Shown here in pieces: positions 8,411 to 17,784 of a stretch of 64,000 nt of DNA. This DNA is from Spirosomataceae bacterium (GTDB lineage: Bacteria > Bacteroidota > Bacteroidia > Cytophagales > Spirosomataceae), in the NCBI GenBank assembly GCA_041689775.1, contig JBDNFP010000193.1:744-64743 (forward strand), in the 5' to 3' direction. Numbering within the stretch: position 1 is the first letter of the stretch; every line of letters begins with the position of its first letter. Both the position numbers and the translations under genes were made by a program. A model generated the notes under the pieces. The model was not told the origin of the DNA. It did no database searches and was given only the letters and a program-made list of their open reading frames with translations.

Positions 8411-9001
8411 TCATTCCGACATTAAAAGAAACACCGTCATCGTCCGGGAGCCGTGGGCGCCTAACACGAGCGATTGCTCAATATCGGCGGTTTTGGACGG
8501 TCCGGCCAGAAACATACCGAAGGGGTAGTCGGTCTGCCCGATGCGCTCGTATGCGTGGTGCATAGTGGGTACCAGTTCGGAGTGGTTCAGGACCACGGCC
8601 AGATTTTGGGTAATAAACGGCGCGGCCCTTTGGCCCATATACTCCTGGGTTACCCATAAAGCCCCGTTTTCAGCTACCCCAAAATCGGCTCTCATGACGA
8701 ATAAATCAACATTTTCCAGCGTATGCGGGTCATCCGATAACCAGTTTATTTCGGCCACCGGGGCGAGTTCTTCAAGCGTGGATATCACGCGCTCCGTCTG
8801 GGCGAATTCAGTTGTTATGTAGGCTTTCACCTCTTCCAGCGTGCTAATTTCAACTACCCGTCCGCCAATTCCTTCGAGGGTAGCGATAAACTTCTCCCTC
8901 GGATCGTAATCCACAACAGCAAGGGTAGATATATCCGGCAACGGCTGATGCTCGGGTTGATTCTGGGCTATTGCCTGTAAAATTCTAGCTCGACTCTCCA
9001 T
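8411..9001 (-). CDS. lutC: Lactate utilization protein C (LUD domain).
   Basis: 196 aa. Overlaps the lutB 3' end by 17 nt. Gene order is lutA-lutB-lutC. Confidence 0.75.
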   Translation of the reverse strand: MESRARILQAIAQNQPEHQPLPDISTLAVVDYDPREKFIATLEGIGGRVVEISTLEEVKAYITTEFAQTERVISTLEELAPVAEINWLSDDPHTLENVDLFVMRADFGVAENGALWVTQEYMGQRAAPFITQNLAVVLNHSELVPTMHHAYERIGQTDYPFGMFLAGPSKTADIEQSLVLGAHGSRTMTVFLLMSE

Positions 9002-10355
9002 TTCTGTTTTTTGAATACCATTCTCTGAAACTTTCCTCCGGTGGAGCGGGCATTTCGCGCTGCTTATACCAGGGATTCAGGCCATTACTTACCATGAAAG
9101 GCGCTACATTCATCACCATTCGCCCCACTTTTCCCGCAAAACCAAATACTCCCGGGTGCGACAACGTAAAGGTCATGGCGCGCATCGCAACGGTTTTTGC
9201 AAAAGGTACATGGCCTCCTTGCACAAGTACCTGCCGCCATTTATACAGTTGATCGTGTATGTCGATTTTTACCGGACAAACATTTGTGCAGGAGCCACAA
9301 AGGGTTGACGCAAAGGGCAAATCTGCGTTCTTGGTCATGTCCAGATTTGGGGCCAGAATAGACCCGATCGGCCCCGCTACGGCGCTATGGTAGCTGTGCC
9401 CACCACTCCGCCGGTACACGGGACAGGTGTTCATACACGCGCCGCACCGGATACATTTCAGGGAACTCCTGAATTCGGGACGTCCCAACTGCCGTGACCG
9501 ACCGTTGTCCACAATCACAATGTGCATTTGCTGACCGGGCCGTGGGCTTTTAAAATGGCTCGAATAGGTCGTAATGGGTTGTCCCGTGGCGGAACGAGCC
9601 AGCAAACGCAGAAATACTCCGAGGTGCTTCCGTTCCGGAATAATTTTTTCAAAACCCATACTCGCAATATGGATATCGGCCAGGTGCGCGCCCATATCAG
9701 CGTTACCCTCGTTGGTGCAGACCACAAACTCGCCCGTTTCGGCAATGGCAAAGTTCACCCCGGTTAGAGCCGCCTTCCGGGTCACAAACTTCTCACGTAA
9801 GTGCTGTCGCGCTGCTTCGGTCAAGTATTGCGGGTCTTTGTTTCCTTTCTCCGTTCCCAAATATTTATGGAAAGTTTCACCTACGTCTTCTTTTTTTAAA
9901 TGGATGGCCGGTAGTACAATATGACTGGGCATTTCGTGCCGAAGTTGAACGATCCGCTCGCCCAAATCAGTGTCCACTACGTCAATTCCGTTTTTTTCCA
10001 GGTAGTCATTTAGATGACATTCCTCGGTCAGCATGGACTTACTCTTGATCATGGCGGTTATACCCGCATCCTTCATGATTCCTAGTACTATTTGGTTGTG
10101 CTCCTCTGCATCAGCGGCCCAATGTATCTTAAAACCGTTCTGAGTAGCTTTGGCCTCAAAGGCTACCAGATAGTCGTGCATATTGGATAGTACATTATTT
10201 TTTATGCTGGAAGCCGCCTCCCGTAGTGCCTCCCATTCAGGAATCTGAAAGGCTGCCTTATCGCGTTTCTGGCGTACCCACCAAAGTGTTTCGTCGTGCC
10301 AAGTAGTACGGTCAGCGTCTTTAATAAATTCTTCGGCTAATTCTGAGTGGTTCAT
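8985..10355 (-). CDS. lutB: Lactate utilization protein B (4Fe-4S iron-sulfur protein).
   Basis: Two ferredoxin-type Cys clusters (CIRCGACMNTCPVY and CGSCTNVCPV). 456 aa. Confidence 0.85.
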   Translation of the reverse strand: MNHSELAEEFIKDADRTTWHDETLWWVRQKRDKAAFQIPEWEALREAASSIKNNVLSNMHDYLVAFEAKATQNGFKIHWAADAEEHNQIVLGIMKDAGITAMIKSKSMLTEECHLNDYLEKNGIDVVDTDLGERIVQLRHEMPSHIVLPAIHLKKEDVGETFHKYLGTEKGNKDPQYLTEAARQHLREKFVTRKAALTGVNFAIAETGEFVVCTNEGNADMGAHLADIHIASMGFEKIIPERKHLGVFLRLLARSATGQPITTYSSHFKSPRPGQQMHIVIVDNGRSRQLGRPEFRSSLKCIRCGACMNTCPVYRRSGGHSYHSAVAGPIGSILAPNLDMTKNADLPFASTLCGSCTNVCPVKIDIHDQLYKWRQVLVQGGHVPFAKTVAMRAMTFTLSHPGVFGFAGKVGRMVMNVAPFMVSNGLNPWYKQREMPAPPEESFREWYSKNRNGESS

Positions 10356-10437
10356 TGATATTATATCATTTACGCCATGACGGCTAGCGATTGGATCCTA
10401 CTTTCTACACGCACTCCCATGCCTGACTTTCGATAGT

Positions 10438-11178
10438 TTATACCTGGGACTGCAACTCTTCTACCTCAACTCCGTTCAATATTTCCGCCAGATGCATCAC
10501 TCGGATAGGTAACTTCTGGCGGCGAATGATACCTTCCAAGTGCATCAAGCACGACATATCGGCGGCCGTAAGTACCTGGGTACCATTTTTAACGTGATCC
10601 AGCACCCGATCCTGCCCCATCCGGGCCGAAAGAGCTTCTTCCGCCACGCAGAATGTTCCCCCAAAGCCACAGCATTCGTCCTTCCGGTCAAGGTTTACCA
10701 GCTCAATTCCTTCTACTTGATGGAGGAGTTGTTCTATTTTCGAGAAGGCGGGGGCATTCAGTTCGCTCATCTGAGCTATTTTGAGTCCCCGCTGTCCGTG
10801 GCAGCTTTGATGTAATCCCACCTTGTAGGGAAACTTTACCTTTATAGTATCTACTTTTAATATATCCGTCAGGAACTCCGTGAGCTCGTAGCAACGCGTG
10901 GTGATTTCGGGTACTCCCAGGTGCTCTTTGATGTGCAACGTGCAACTACCCGAAGGACACACGATATAATCAAAACCCTGAAAATTCTCAGCAAACAGAT
11001 CATTACACCCCTGCGTCATGTGTTCAAAACCCGAGTTAGCCATGGGTTGACCGCAACAGGTTTGGTTAGCCGGAAAGTCAACCTCGCAACCGAATTTTTC
11101 AAGTAGTTCAAGCGTAGCTATCGCTACCTTAGGATAAAACTGATCAACGTAACATGGAATGAATAATCCTACTTTCAT
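10438..11178 (-). CDS. lutA: Lactate utilization protein A ((Fe-S)-binding CCG-domain oxidoreductase).
   Basis: Repeated CCG motifs (QTCCGQP and DECCGFGG). 246 aa. Confidence 0.85.
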   Translation of the reverse strand: MKVGLFIPCYVDQFYPKVAIATLELLEKFGCEVDFPANQTCCGQPMANSGFEHMTQGCNDLFAENFQGFDYIVCPSGSCTLHIKEHLGVPEITTRCYELTEFLTDILKVDTIKVKFPYKVGLHQSCHGQRGLKIAQMSELNAPAFSKIEQLLHQVEGIELVNLDRKDECCGFGGTFCVAEEALSARMGQDRVLDHVKNGTQVLTAADMSCLMHLEGIIRRQKLPIRVMHLAEILNGVEVEELQSQV

Positions 11179-11330
11179 GGCAATTTTAAATGAGTGATTG
11201 AATGTTTCAAGTTTATGAGTTAAAAATGGACTTGTGACTTTGCTCTTTAACGATTTACTCCTTCATTCAATTTTTTAACCCCAGAGCAAAACATTCTATC
11301 AATCAGTCATTCCAACATTCACTCATTAAT

Positions 11331-12614
11331 TTACAGTCCCGTAGCGATGGTTTTTAGCCCTCTTTCTTTGATTAATTGTTCGCGAACCTGTACATTTCGA
11401 TACGCAGCAATTGGGCTCAAAGCAGCGTTGCGACGTAGACGAGCCTCCCGAATCAACGGGCGCACGTCGGTGCGGTAGGCATCCTGCAATAGCTCCTGCC
11501 CCATCACGACATCATTGTGGGCCTGAGCTTCGCCAAGCGTTGGCGTATCTACCAGTAATGCCTGGGCATAGGCTAGTTGTATGGCTTCCAATGACTGAAT
11601 CAGATCTTCCAGCGGGTCTTTAATGTTATGACTGGCGTCGATCATCCAGGCAAGGGGTGGGTTTTGGGCTTCGTTATGACTCATACCGTACACCAACTCA
11701 TTAAAGATTAAGAACAACTGGTAGGGTTTTATACTACCCACCGTCAGGTCGTCGTCGCCGTATTTACTATCGTTGAAGTGGAACCCACCGAGTTTTCCCT
11801 TCATCATTAAGGTAGCAACGATTTGTTCAATATTCGTGTTTGGCAGGTGATGACCCAAATCCACGAGACAAAAGGCTTTTTCACCACAGCCTTCGGCTAA
11901 TAGCAACGAAGTACCCCAATCTTGAATAACGGTAGAATAGAAGTTGGGCTCGTAGGGCTTGTACTCAATAAACATCCGCCAATCGTCGGGCAATTCTCCA
12001 TAGATATCTTGGAGGGAGCATTGGGTATTTTGTAAAGCTTTCCGGAAGTTGTTCTGTCCCGGAAAGCTGGCACCGTCGGCCAGCCAAACCGTCAACGATT
12101 TTGAGCCTAATTCTTTACCGTAGCGAATAACCTCCACGTTGTGGGCCACCGCTTGTTCACGAACCACCTGCTGCCGGTCGGCCAGGGAGCCGTACTTGTA
12201 GGATTGCTCCTGCACGACCTGATCCTGAAAAGTATTAGAATTCACCGCATCAAACACGATGCCGTGGCTATCGGCTAATGCTTTGATAGCCGCAGCGTCG
12301 CCGGGAATATCCCAGGGAATATGGAGCGACACCGCCCCGGCAGTTTGGGTTAGGGCATGGATCAGTCCGATGTCCTCAATCTTTTGTTCCAGGGTAGTAG
12401 GTTCACCACCAATCGAGAACCGTCCGAAGCGGGTACCACCTGAGCCTAAGGCCCAACTAGGGATGGCTACCTGAAAATCGGCTAACTTATCTACAATAGC
12501 ATCAGCATCAATACCCTTTTTATCCAACGAGAGTTTCATAAAACTGAACGCCTCGGTATGATCAGCCAGCTCTTTTTTATTAAAATTCTGTATTTGATCC
12601 TGTGTAATTTTCAT
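11331..12614 (-). CDS. rhaI: L-rhamnose isomerase (about 430 aa, xylose-isomerase-like TIM-barrel type).
   Basis: 427 aa. Context is directly downstream of the rhamnulose-1-P aldolase fusion gene. The length and sequence feel like the Pseudomonas stutzeri/actinobacterial RhaI type. Confidence 0.7.
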   Translation of the reverse strand: MKITQDQIQNFNKKELADHTEAFSFMKLSLDKKGIDADAIVDKLADFQVAIPSWALGSGGTRFGRFSIGGEPTTLEQKIEDIGLIHALTQTAGAVSLHIPWDIPGDAAAIKALADSHGIVFDAVNSNTFQDQVVQEQSYKYGSLADRQQVVREQAVAHNVEVIRYGKELGSKSLTVWLADGASFPGQNNFRKALQNTQCSLQDIYGELPDDWRMFIEYKPYEPNFYSTVIQDWGTSLLLAEGCGEKAFCLVDLGHHLPNTNIEQIVATLMMKGKLGGFHFNDSKYGDDDLTVGSIKPYQLFLIFNELVYGMSHNEAQNPPLAWMIDASHNIKDPLEDLIQSLEAIQLAYAQALLVDTPTLGEAQAHNDVVMGQELLQDAYRTDVRPLIREARLRRNAALSPIAAYRNVQVREQLIKERGLKTIATGL

Positions 12615-12633
12615 GATTTTTGTGAGGGTAACA

Positions 12634-12666
12634 TACCTGACAGGTTTTAAAAACCTGTCAGGTATC
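12634..12666. repeat. Perfect 33-nt palindrome (16-bp arms around one central A) in the rhaEW-rhaI spacer.
   Basis: Sequence ATACCTGACAGGTTTT-A-AAAACCTGTCAGGTAT, with every position pairing. A degenerate copy lies at 51587-51622. Confidence 0.9.
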
Positions 12667-12713
12667 TTTCAACTTTAAACCGCAGGGGCGGACCCCTCAT
12701 CTACTCCTTCACC

Positions 12714-14816
12714 CTAACGTACAAAAGCATTGGCCATACCGCCGTCAACGTTTATAATATTTCCGGTACTCTTATCCAGAATCGCTACCAGGGCAAACAC
12801 TCCGTTGGCAATATCTTCGGGGTAAATAATCTCATTCATCAGGTTACGTTTGGCATAAAAAGCCGGGAGTTCTTCTACCGTGATGCCGTACGCTTTGGCG
12901 CGCCCTTCTGCCCAGGCACCTTCCCAGATTTTACTACCCACAATCACTCCGTCAGGATTAACCGTGTTCACCCGAATTTTCTCCGGACCTAGCTCGGCGG
13001 CTAACAAGCGAGCCATGTGCTGCTGAGCCGCTTTGGCGGTCCCGTAAGCAACATTATTGGGGCCGGCAACGAGTCCATTTTTAGAGGCAATACTCACGAT
13101 ATCACCCCCAAAACCTTGCTTCCGCATCACCTTTACGCCCGACTGAGCCATGTGGAATTGCCCTTTCACGAGTACATCCTGCAAAATATTCCAGTCTTTT
13201 TCCGTGGTATCCGCCAAGGGTTTAGAAATTGCTAATCCGGCGCAGTGTACTATAATATCTACCCCACCAAATTCCAGACAGGCTTTTTCGAAGGTACCTT
13301 CTACCGCCGCTGCGTCGGTGACATCACCGGCCGCGTAGGCTGAAACATCACGCTTGTAAGTAGCATTTGCTTCTATGAGGCGATCTTCGGCAATATCAGT
13401 AAGGACCACATTGGCACCTTCGGCGGCTAGTTTGTCCGCAATAGCTTTACCAATACCACCACCACCACCGGTCACGATTGCTACCCGGCGTGACAAAGGC
13501 TGCTCCTTCGGCATGCGTTGTAGTTTTGCTTCTTCGAGTAGCCAGTACTCAATATCAAAGGCCTCCTGACGAGGCAGAGCGGTATATTCAGAAATTGCCT
13601 CCGCGCCCCGCATTACATTGATGGCATTGATATAAAACTCCGCCGCCACCCGTGCCGTTTGTTTATTTTTGGCAAACGTAAACATACCTACCCCGCGGTA
13701 CAGAATCACGACCGGGTTAGGGTCACGAATAGCCGGACTATTATCGCGTTTGCAAGTATTGTAGTAGTCGTGGTACTGCTGACGGTACTCCTCGAAAGAA
13801 GAAACCATGCTGTTCTTGATCGTTTCTACATCCGTCAGATCGGCATCGGGAGCGAGCGAAAGTACCAGTGGTTGTATTTTAGTACGCAGGAAGTGGTCGG
13901 GACAGGACGTGCCCAACGGAGCCAGTTTATCCAGATCGTGACTGCCCACAAAATCGAGTACACGGTCATCATCGGTAAAATGTCCGATCATTCGTTTCTC
14001 GCTGGAACAAAGTCCGCGCAGAATAGGCGCCAGCAAAGAAGCTTGCTTCTTACGGTCGACTTCGGGCAAGGCATCCAGCTTTTTACCCCCAAACACCGGA
14101 CGATCTTTGTCCAGACGATCTTCGATGAATTGGGAAGCTTGTTCAATTACTTCGAGACTATTCATGTAACACTCGTAGGAAGTATCGCCCCAAGTAAATA
14201 GCCCGTGGCTACCCAATACAATACCCCGGATACCCGGATTATCGTTCAGGCACTTTTCCAGTTGTAGCCCCAGGTCAAAGCCGGGACGCTGCCAAGCTAC
14301 CCATCCCATGGTATCACCCCAGATTTCCTTCGTGATGGCTTCGCTGTCTTTGGCGGCCGCTATGGCAATGAGCGCGTCAGGATGCAGGTGGTCAATATGC
14401 TTAAAAGGAAGCATACCGTGGAGCGGGGTATCGATTGACGGTGCCGCACTATCCAGGTCATACAATGTATGATAGAATAAGCCAACCATTTCGTCCTCGT
14501 GCTCGAGCCCCCGATAAATAGATTTCAGCGAACGTAAACGTTCTGTATATAGCCCGGCGATCCCCTTTCTGGTCAGGGTGCCAATATCGCCTCCCGAGCC
14601 TTTGATCCACATTACTTCGGCATCAGCTCCCGTCAGAACATCTTTTTCGATGGTTTTACAACTGGTGTTACCACCTCCGTAATTGGTAATACGAAGATCG
14701 GCACCTAAAATATTAGAGCGATATAAAAACAAAGCTAGTTCATCGCCGGCAAGCTCGGCAGCTTTCGCTTCATCCCACAAGTAACTAACGTGTTGAAAGG
14801 TTTGGGTTGGTTCCAT
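12714..14816 (-). CDS. rhaEW: Bifunctional rhamnulose-1-phosphate aldolase / short-chain dehydrogenase (lactaldehyde dehydrogenase).
   Basis: 700 aa. N-terminal class II aldolase/adducin-like region fused to a C-terminal SDR with VTGGGGGIGKA and a YGTAKAA catalytic motif. Confidence 0.85.
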   Translation of the reverse strand: MEPTQTFQHVSYLWDEAKAAELAGDELALFLYRSNILGADLRITNYGGGNTSCKTIEKDVLTGADAEVMWIKGSGGDIGTLTRKGIAGLYTERLRSLKSIYRGLEHEDEMVGLFYHTLYDLDSAAPSIDTPLHGMLPFKHIDHLHPDALIAIAAAKDSEAITKEIWGDTMGWVAWQRPGFDLGLQLEKCLNDNPGIRGIVLGSHGLFTWGDTSYECYMNSLEVIEQASQFIEDRLDKDRPVFGGKKLDALPEVDRKKQASLLAPILRGLCSSEKRMIGHFTDDDRVLDFVGSHDLDKLAPLGTSCPDHFLRTKIQPLVLSLAPDADLTDVETIKNSMVSSFEEYRQQYHDYYNTCKRDNSPAIRDPNPVVILYRGVGMFTFAKNKQTARVAAEFYINAINVMRGAEAISEYTALPRQEAFDIEYWLLEEAKLQRMPKEQPLSRRVAIVTGGGGGIGKAIADKLAAEGANVVLTDIAEDRLIEANATYKRDVSAYAAGDVTDAAAVEGTFEKACLEFGGVDIIVHCAGLAISKPLADTTEKDWNILQDVLVKGQFHMAQSGVKVMRKQGFGGDIVSIASKNGLVAGPNNVAYGTAKAAQQHMARLLAAELGPEKIRVNTVNPDGVIVGSKIWEGAWAEGRAKAYGITVEELPAFYAKRNLMNEIIYPEDIANGVFALVAILDKSTGNIINVDGGMANAFVR

Positions 14817-14871
14817 CGGTCAAATGATTTTATGTAGAGGAATAGTAATACTCAATTTGATAGTTAATACA

Positions 14872-14879
14872 CAAATGTA
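14872..14879 (-). promoter_or_regulatory. Candidate -7 box (TACATTTG) for the rhaEW operon.
   Basis: Matches TAnnTTTG on the - strand, about 55 nt upstream of the ATG at 14816. A TTG lies 16-19 nt further upstream. Confidence 0.3.
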
Positions 14880-15089
14880 TTCGGTAAGAACAGTTCAACT
14901 GTCCTGCACTATACCATAGGTGCAACCTTCAAAAGTAACAGAAAGGCAGCTTTCGAAATTATTAAATTCTCATTTTCAAGTAATTATACGTAGGCGTATA
15001 CTACCTGATTCAAAAAAATATTGAAAACAGGATTCAAAAAAGATATTATTTTATCTATCAAATAGTGACGATAATTTCTCTCATCTTCC

Positions 15090-16124
15090 CTACAAAGAGG
15101 CTCTGAGTGTCAGGTAAAAGGGGTTTTCTTGGTGCTCTTTAGAGTTTTTTAAAATCAATTCCGCGGCAGTACGACCCATGGCCGTAAAATCAGTGGATAT
15201 GGTTGTTATCCCATTTAAAATCAGTCTTTTAAGAGGTGTTTCGTTATAAGAAATCACCCCAACTTCACGCCCAAGTACCAGAGATTGTGCAATAATTCTA
15301 TCGATAAGAATCACCAGATCATCCTCCATAATATTGATGTAAGCGTTTCCTTTTGAAATAGTTTCGTCGCGAATGGAAGAGATAATACGATAGTCAAAGG
15401 CATAGTCACGGCAAAAGTTAATGAACCCCTCGGTAATTTCCCGGGGGGCGTAGCTATTCTCCGGAAAGATCATATTGAGTCTATTGTACTTCGCAAGAGC
15501 ATCTCCGGCTTTTTCGAGAGTGGTGTAAATATCGCGCTCAAAGTTTTGGTACACGGAGCCAAATTCACCACCAATGTTGGGAATAATCTTATCCAGAATA
15601 ATTAACTGATCCTTGGGTAGCGTATTAATTATTTCGTAAGCTTTTTCTTCTCCCTCGATAAAATAAGGAATGATTACGAAGTGGGTATACTCTTCTTTTC
15701 TTTGCTCGATGAGTCGTTTGAATAAACCAAAGTCGTTGTTGTAGATGTAAAAATCAATGGTAGCCTGAGTACCCAAGGTTTCTACAAAGGAGTCATAGAT
15801 GATTTTTTTGTGCGGACTCAGCTTGTTAAACAACAGGAATACTTTGAGGTGTTGAGTATAATCGGTACTCTTGATGAAGTATCCTTTGCCCGGAACCGAG
15901 CTAAGTACTCCAATACTTTTCAGATGATTGTATCCTTTCTCGGCCGTAACCCTCGAAATATCAAATTCAAAGCTTATCTCATTGATGGAGGGCATAACAT
16001 CTCCTTTTCCAATCACCCCGGCCTGTATTCCCCGAAGAATAGAGTTGCTAAGTTGCAGGTACTTTGGAGTTGCTGAATACTCATCTATTTTTATGGTGTT
16101 GAGTACTTTCTGGGTTGGATCCAT
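15090..16124 (-). CDS. GntR-family transcriptional regulator with a sugar-binding (periplasmic-binding-protein-like) effector domain.
   Basis: N-terminal winged HTH (PSINEISFEFDISRVTAEKGYNHLKSIGVLSSVPGKGYF). The real start is probably the ATG at 16124 (MDPTQK). The track ORF extends to 16196 across a terminator hairpin. Confidence 0.75.
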   Translation of the reverse strand: MDPTQKVLNTIKIDEYSATPKYLQLSNSILRGIQAGVIGKGDVMPSINEISFEFDISRVTAEKGYNHLKSIGVLSSVPGKGYFIKSTDYTQHLKVFLLFNKLSPHKKIIYDSFVETLGTQATIDFYIYNNDFGLFKRLIEQRKEEYTHFVIIPYFIEGEEKAYEIINTLPKDQLIILDKIIPNIGGEFGSVYQNFERDIYTTLEKAGDALAKYNRLNMIFPENSYAPREITEGFINFCRDYAFDYRIISSIRDETISKGNAYINIMEDDLVILIDRIIAQSLVLGREVGVISYNETPLKRLILNGITTISTDFTAMGRTAAELILKNSKEHQENPFYLTLRASL

Positions 16125-16153
16125 AGGTATGAGTTTAGGAGTAAAAGGTTGAT

Positions 16154-16199
16154 GAGTTGAAAGTAGGAGATCGCTATCCCAAACTACTACTTTCAACTC
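16154..16199 (-). terminator. Hairpin after the peptidase gene.
   Basis: 13-bp perfect inverted repeat GAGTTGAAAGTAG / CTACTTTCAACTC with a 20-nt loop, lying 10 nt downstream of the stop at 16209. Confidence 0.5.
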
Positions 16200-16208
16200 A
16201 TTTACTAA

Positions 16209-17681
16209 TTATTTTCGGTAGTCAAGAGCCGGCGGACGATTGCCCAACAGCGCTTTGTACTCAAATTCTGCGCCTCTTTTCTGTTTAAATTCTGCCTTTG
16301 CATCGCTCAGCGTTTTGGGGTTCTGAAACAGATCTACGGCGGTGAGAGCGATGGTCTTGGCCGCAACCATCATACCCTTACGTCCGATACTCGTACCGCC
16401 CGTCGCTACCGCTTGCCAGCTGTGGGCGGCCGTACCAGGCACCCAAGTGGCCGTGCGCAGGCCAACCGTCGGAACGGTCCAACTTACATCACCGACATCG
16501 GTAGAGCCCATTCCTGTACGCTCGTATTCAAACGGCAATATTGTACTGGCGCTTTCCGGAGCGGGCGTACCACCCACGGTTCCAAACGTGGTGCCTATCT
16601 GCTTTGCAAACTGCATTTCACCGGCATCATAGGCAACCCCGCCTACTTCGGCTAGATTTTTATACATTACTTTGGCCAAAGCATCCAAGGGTAGTAACTC
16701 ATACACGCCACCGATAATCTCGTGCTCCACGGTAGTACCTGTACCCAAAGCGGCACCCTCGGACGCTTTCACGATGCGAGCCCACATATCTTGAACTACA
16801 TCCCGACGGGGATGGCGTACGTAGTAGTATACCTCCGAAAAGTCAGGTACTACATTGGGGGCTTTGCCACCTTGCGTAATGATGTAGTGGATACGGGCGT
16901 CCGAAGGCACGTGCTCCCGCATCATGTTTACCATGTAATTCATGGCTTCTACTCCATCCAGAGCCGACCGGCCCCGCTCGGGCGCCGCCGCCGCGTGAGC
17001 TGCTATACCTTTAAACCGAAATTTGGCCGATATATTCGCCAAAGAAGAACCTGAACTTGCGCTATTGGAATCGGCAGGATGCCAGTGCAGTACGGCATCT
17101 ACGTCGTTGAATAGCCCGGCCCTTACCATGTATACTTTACCCGAACCACCTTCTTCGGCCGGAGTACCGTAAAAACGAATCGTTCCTTTTTGCTTACTCG
17201 CTACCATCCAGTTTTTCACCGCGATAACCGCTGCGGCCGAGCCCACCCCAAACAAATGGTGCCCGCAAGCGTGGCCGGCTCCATTTTCCTGCACGACATG
17301 CCGGCTGGGCAGAGAATCTTGCGACAAACCCGGTAAGGCATCAAACTCCCCGAGGACGCCAATAACCGGCTGACCCGACCCGTAGGTAGCCACAAATGCG
17401 GTGGGTATGTCGGCTACCCCCACCTGAATGGTAAACCCTTCTTTACTCAATAACTCCTGCAATAAGGCCGAGCTTTTTTCTTCCTGGTAGCCTACCTCGG
17501 CATAATTCCAAATAGTTTTGGCCTTTTGACCGTACATCATTTCTTTCTGATTCAGCTCCTTCATAATTCGCTCATGCGGTGTTTGGGCCCAAAGCCCTCC
17601 GCTCAGCAATATGGCCGCGGCAAGCAACAATCCTTTTCTTTTTTGCGTATACATTCGTACAGTCCGTTTAGGTTTTATCAT
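16209..17681 (-). CDS. M20-family metallopeptidase / amidohydrolase (AbgB-like), secreted.
   Basis: Signal peptide LLLAAAILLSGGLWAQ, plus M20 motifs (GEFDALPG, GHACGHH, GTPAEEGG). The start may instead be the ATG at 17654. Confidence 0.75.
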   Translation of the reverse strand: MIKPKRTVRMYTQKRKGLLLAAAILLSGGLWAQTPHERIMKELNQKEMMYGQKAKTIWNYAEVGYQEEKSSALLQELLSKEGFTIQVGVADIPTAFVATYGSGQPVIGVLGEFDALPGLSQDSLPSRHVVQENGAGHACGHHLFGVGSAAAVIAVKNWMVASKQKGTIRFYGTPAEEGGSGKVYMVRAGLFNDVDAVLHWHPADSNSASSGSSLANISAKFRFKGIAAHAAAAPERGRSALDGVEAMNYMVNMMREHVPSDARIHYIITQGGKAPNVVPDFSEVYYYVRHPRRDVVQDMWARIVKASEGAALGTGTTVEHEIIGGVYELLPLDALAKVMYKNLAEVGGVAYDAGEMQFAKQIGTTFGTVGGTPAPESASTILPFEYERTGMGSTDVGDVSWTVPTVGLRTATWVPGTAAHSWQAVATGGTSIGRKGMMVAAKTIALTAVDLFQNPKTLSDAKAEFKQKRGAEFEYKALLGNRPPALDYRK

Positions 17682-17784
17682 TCAATAATAAGGAATCTGT
17701 GTAAATTCAGGCGTTTTTTTGATGGATCATTTTTTATTTTGATCAATTCCAACGCTCTCCATACATTTTGAATCAAGGACATAG

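Noticed and set aside
13659-14201. 180-aa ORF on the + strand.
   Set aside because: It is an antisense shadow of rhaEW.
16125-16196. N-terminal 24-codon extension of the GntR regulator ORF.
   Set aside because: The extension covers the 13-bp-stem terminator hairpin of the upstream peptidase gene. The conserved wHTH begins shortly after the ATG at 16124.
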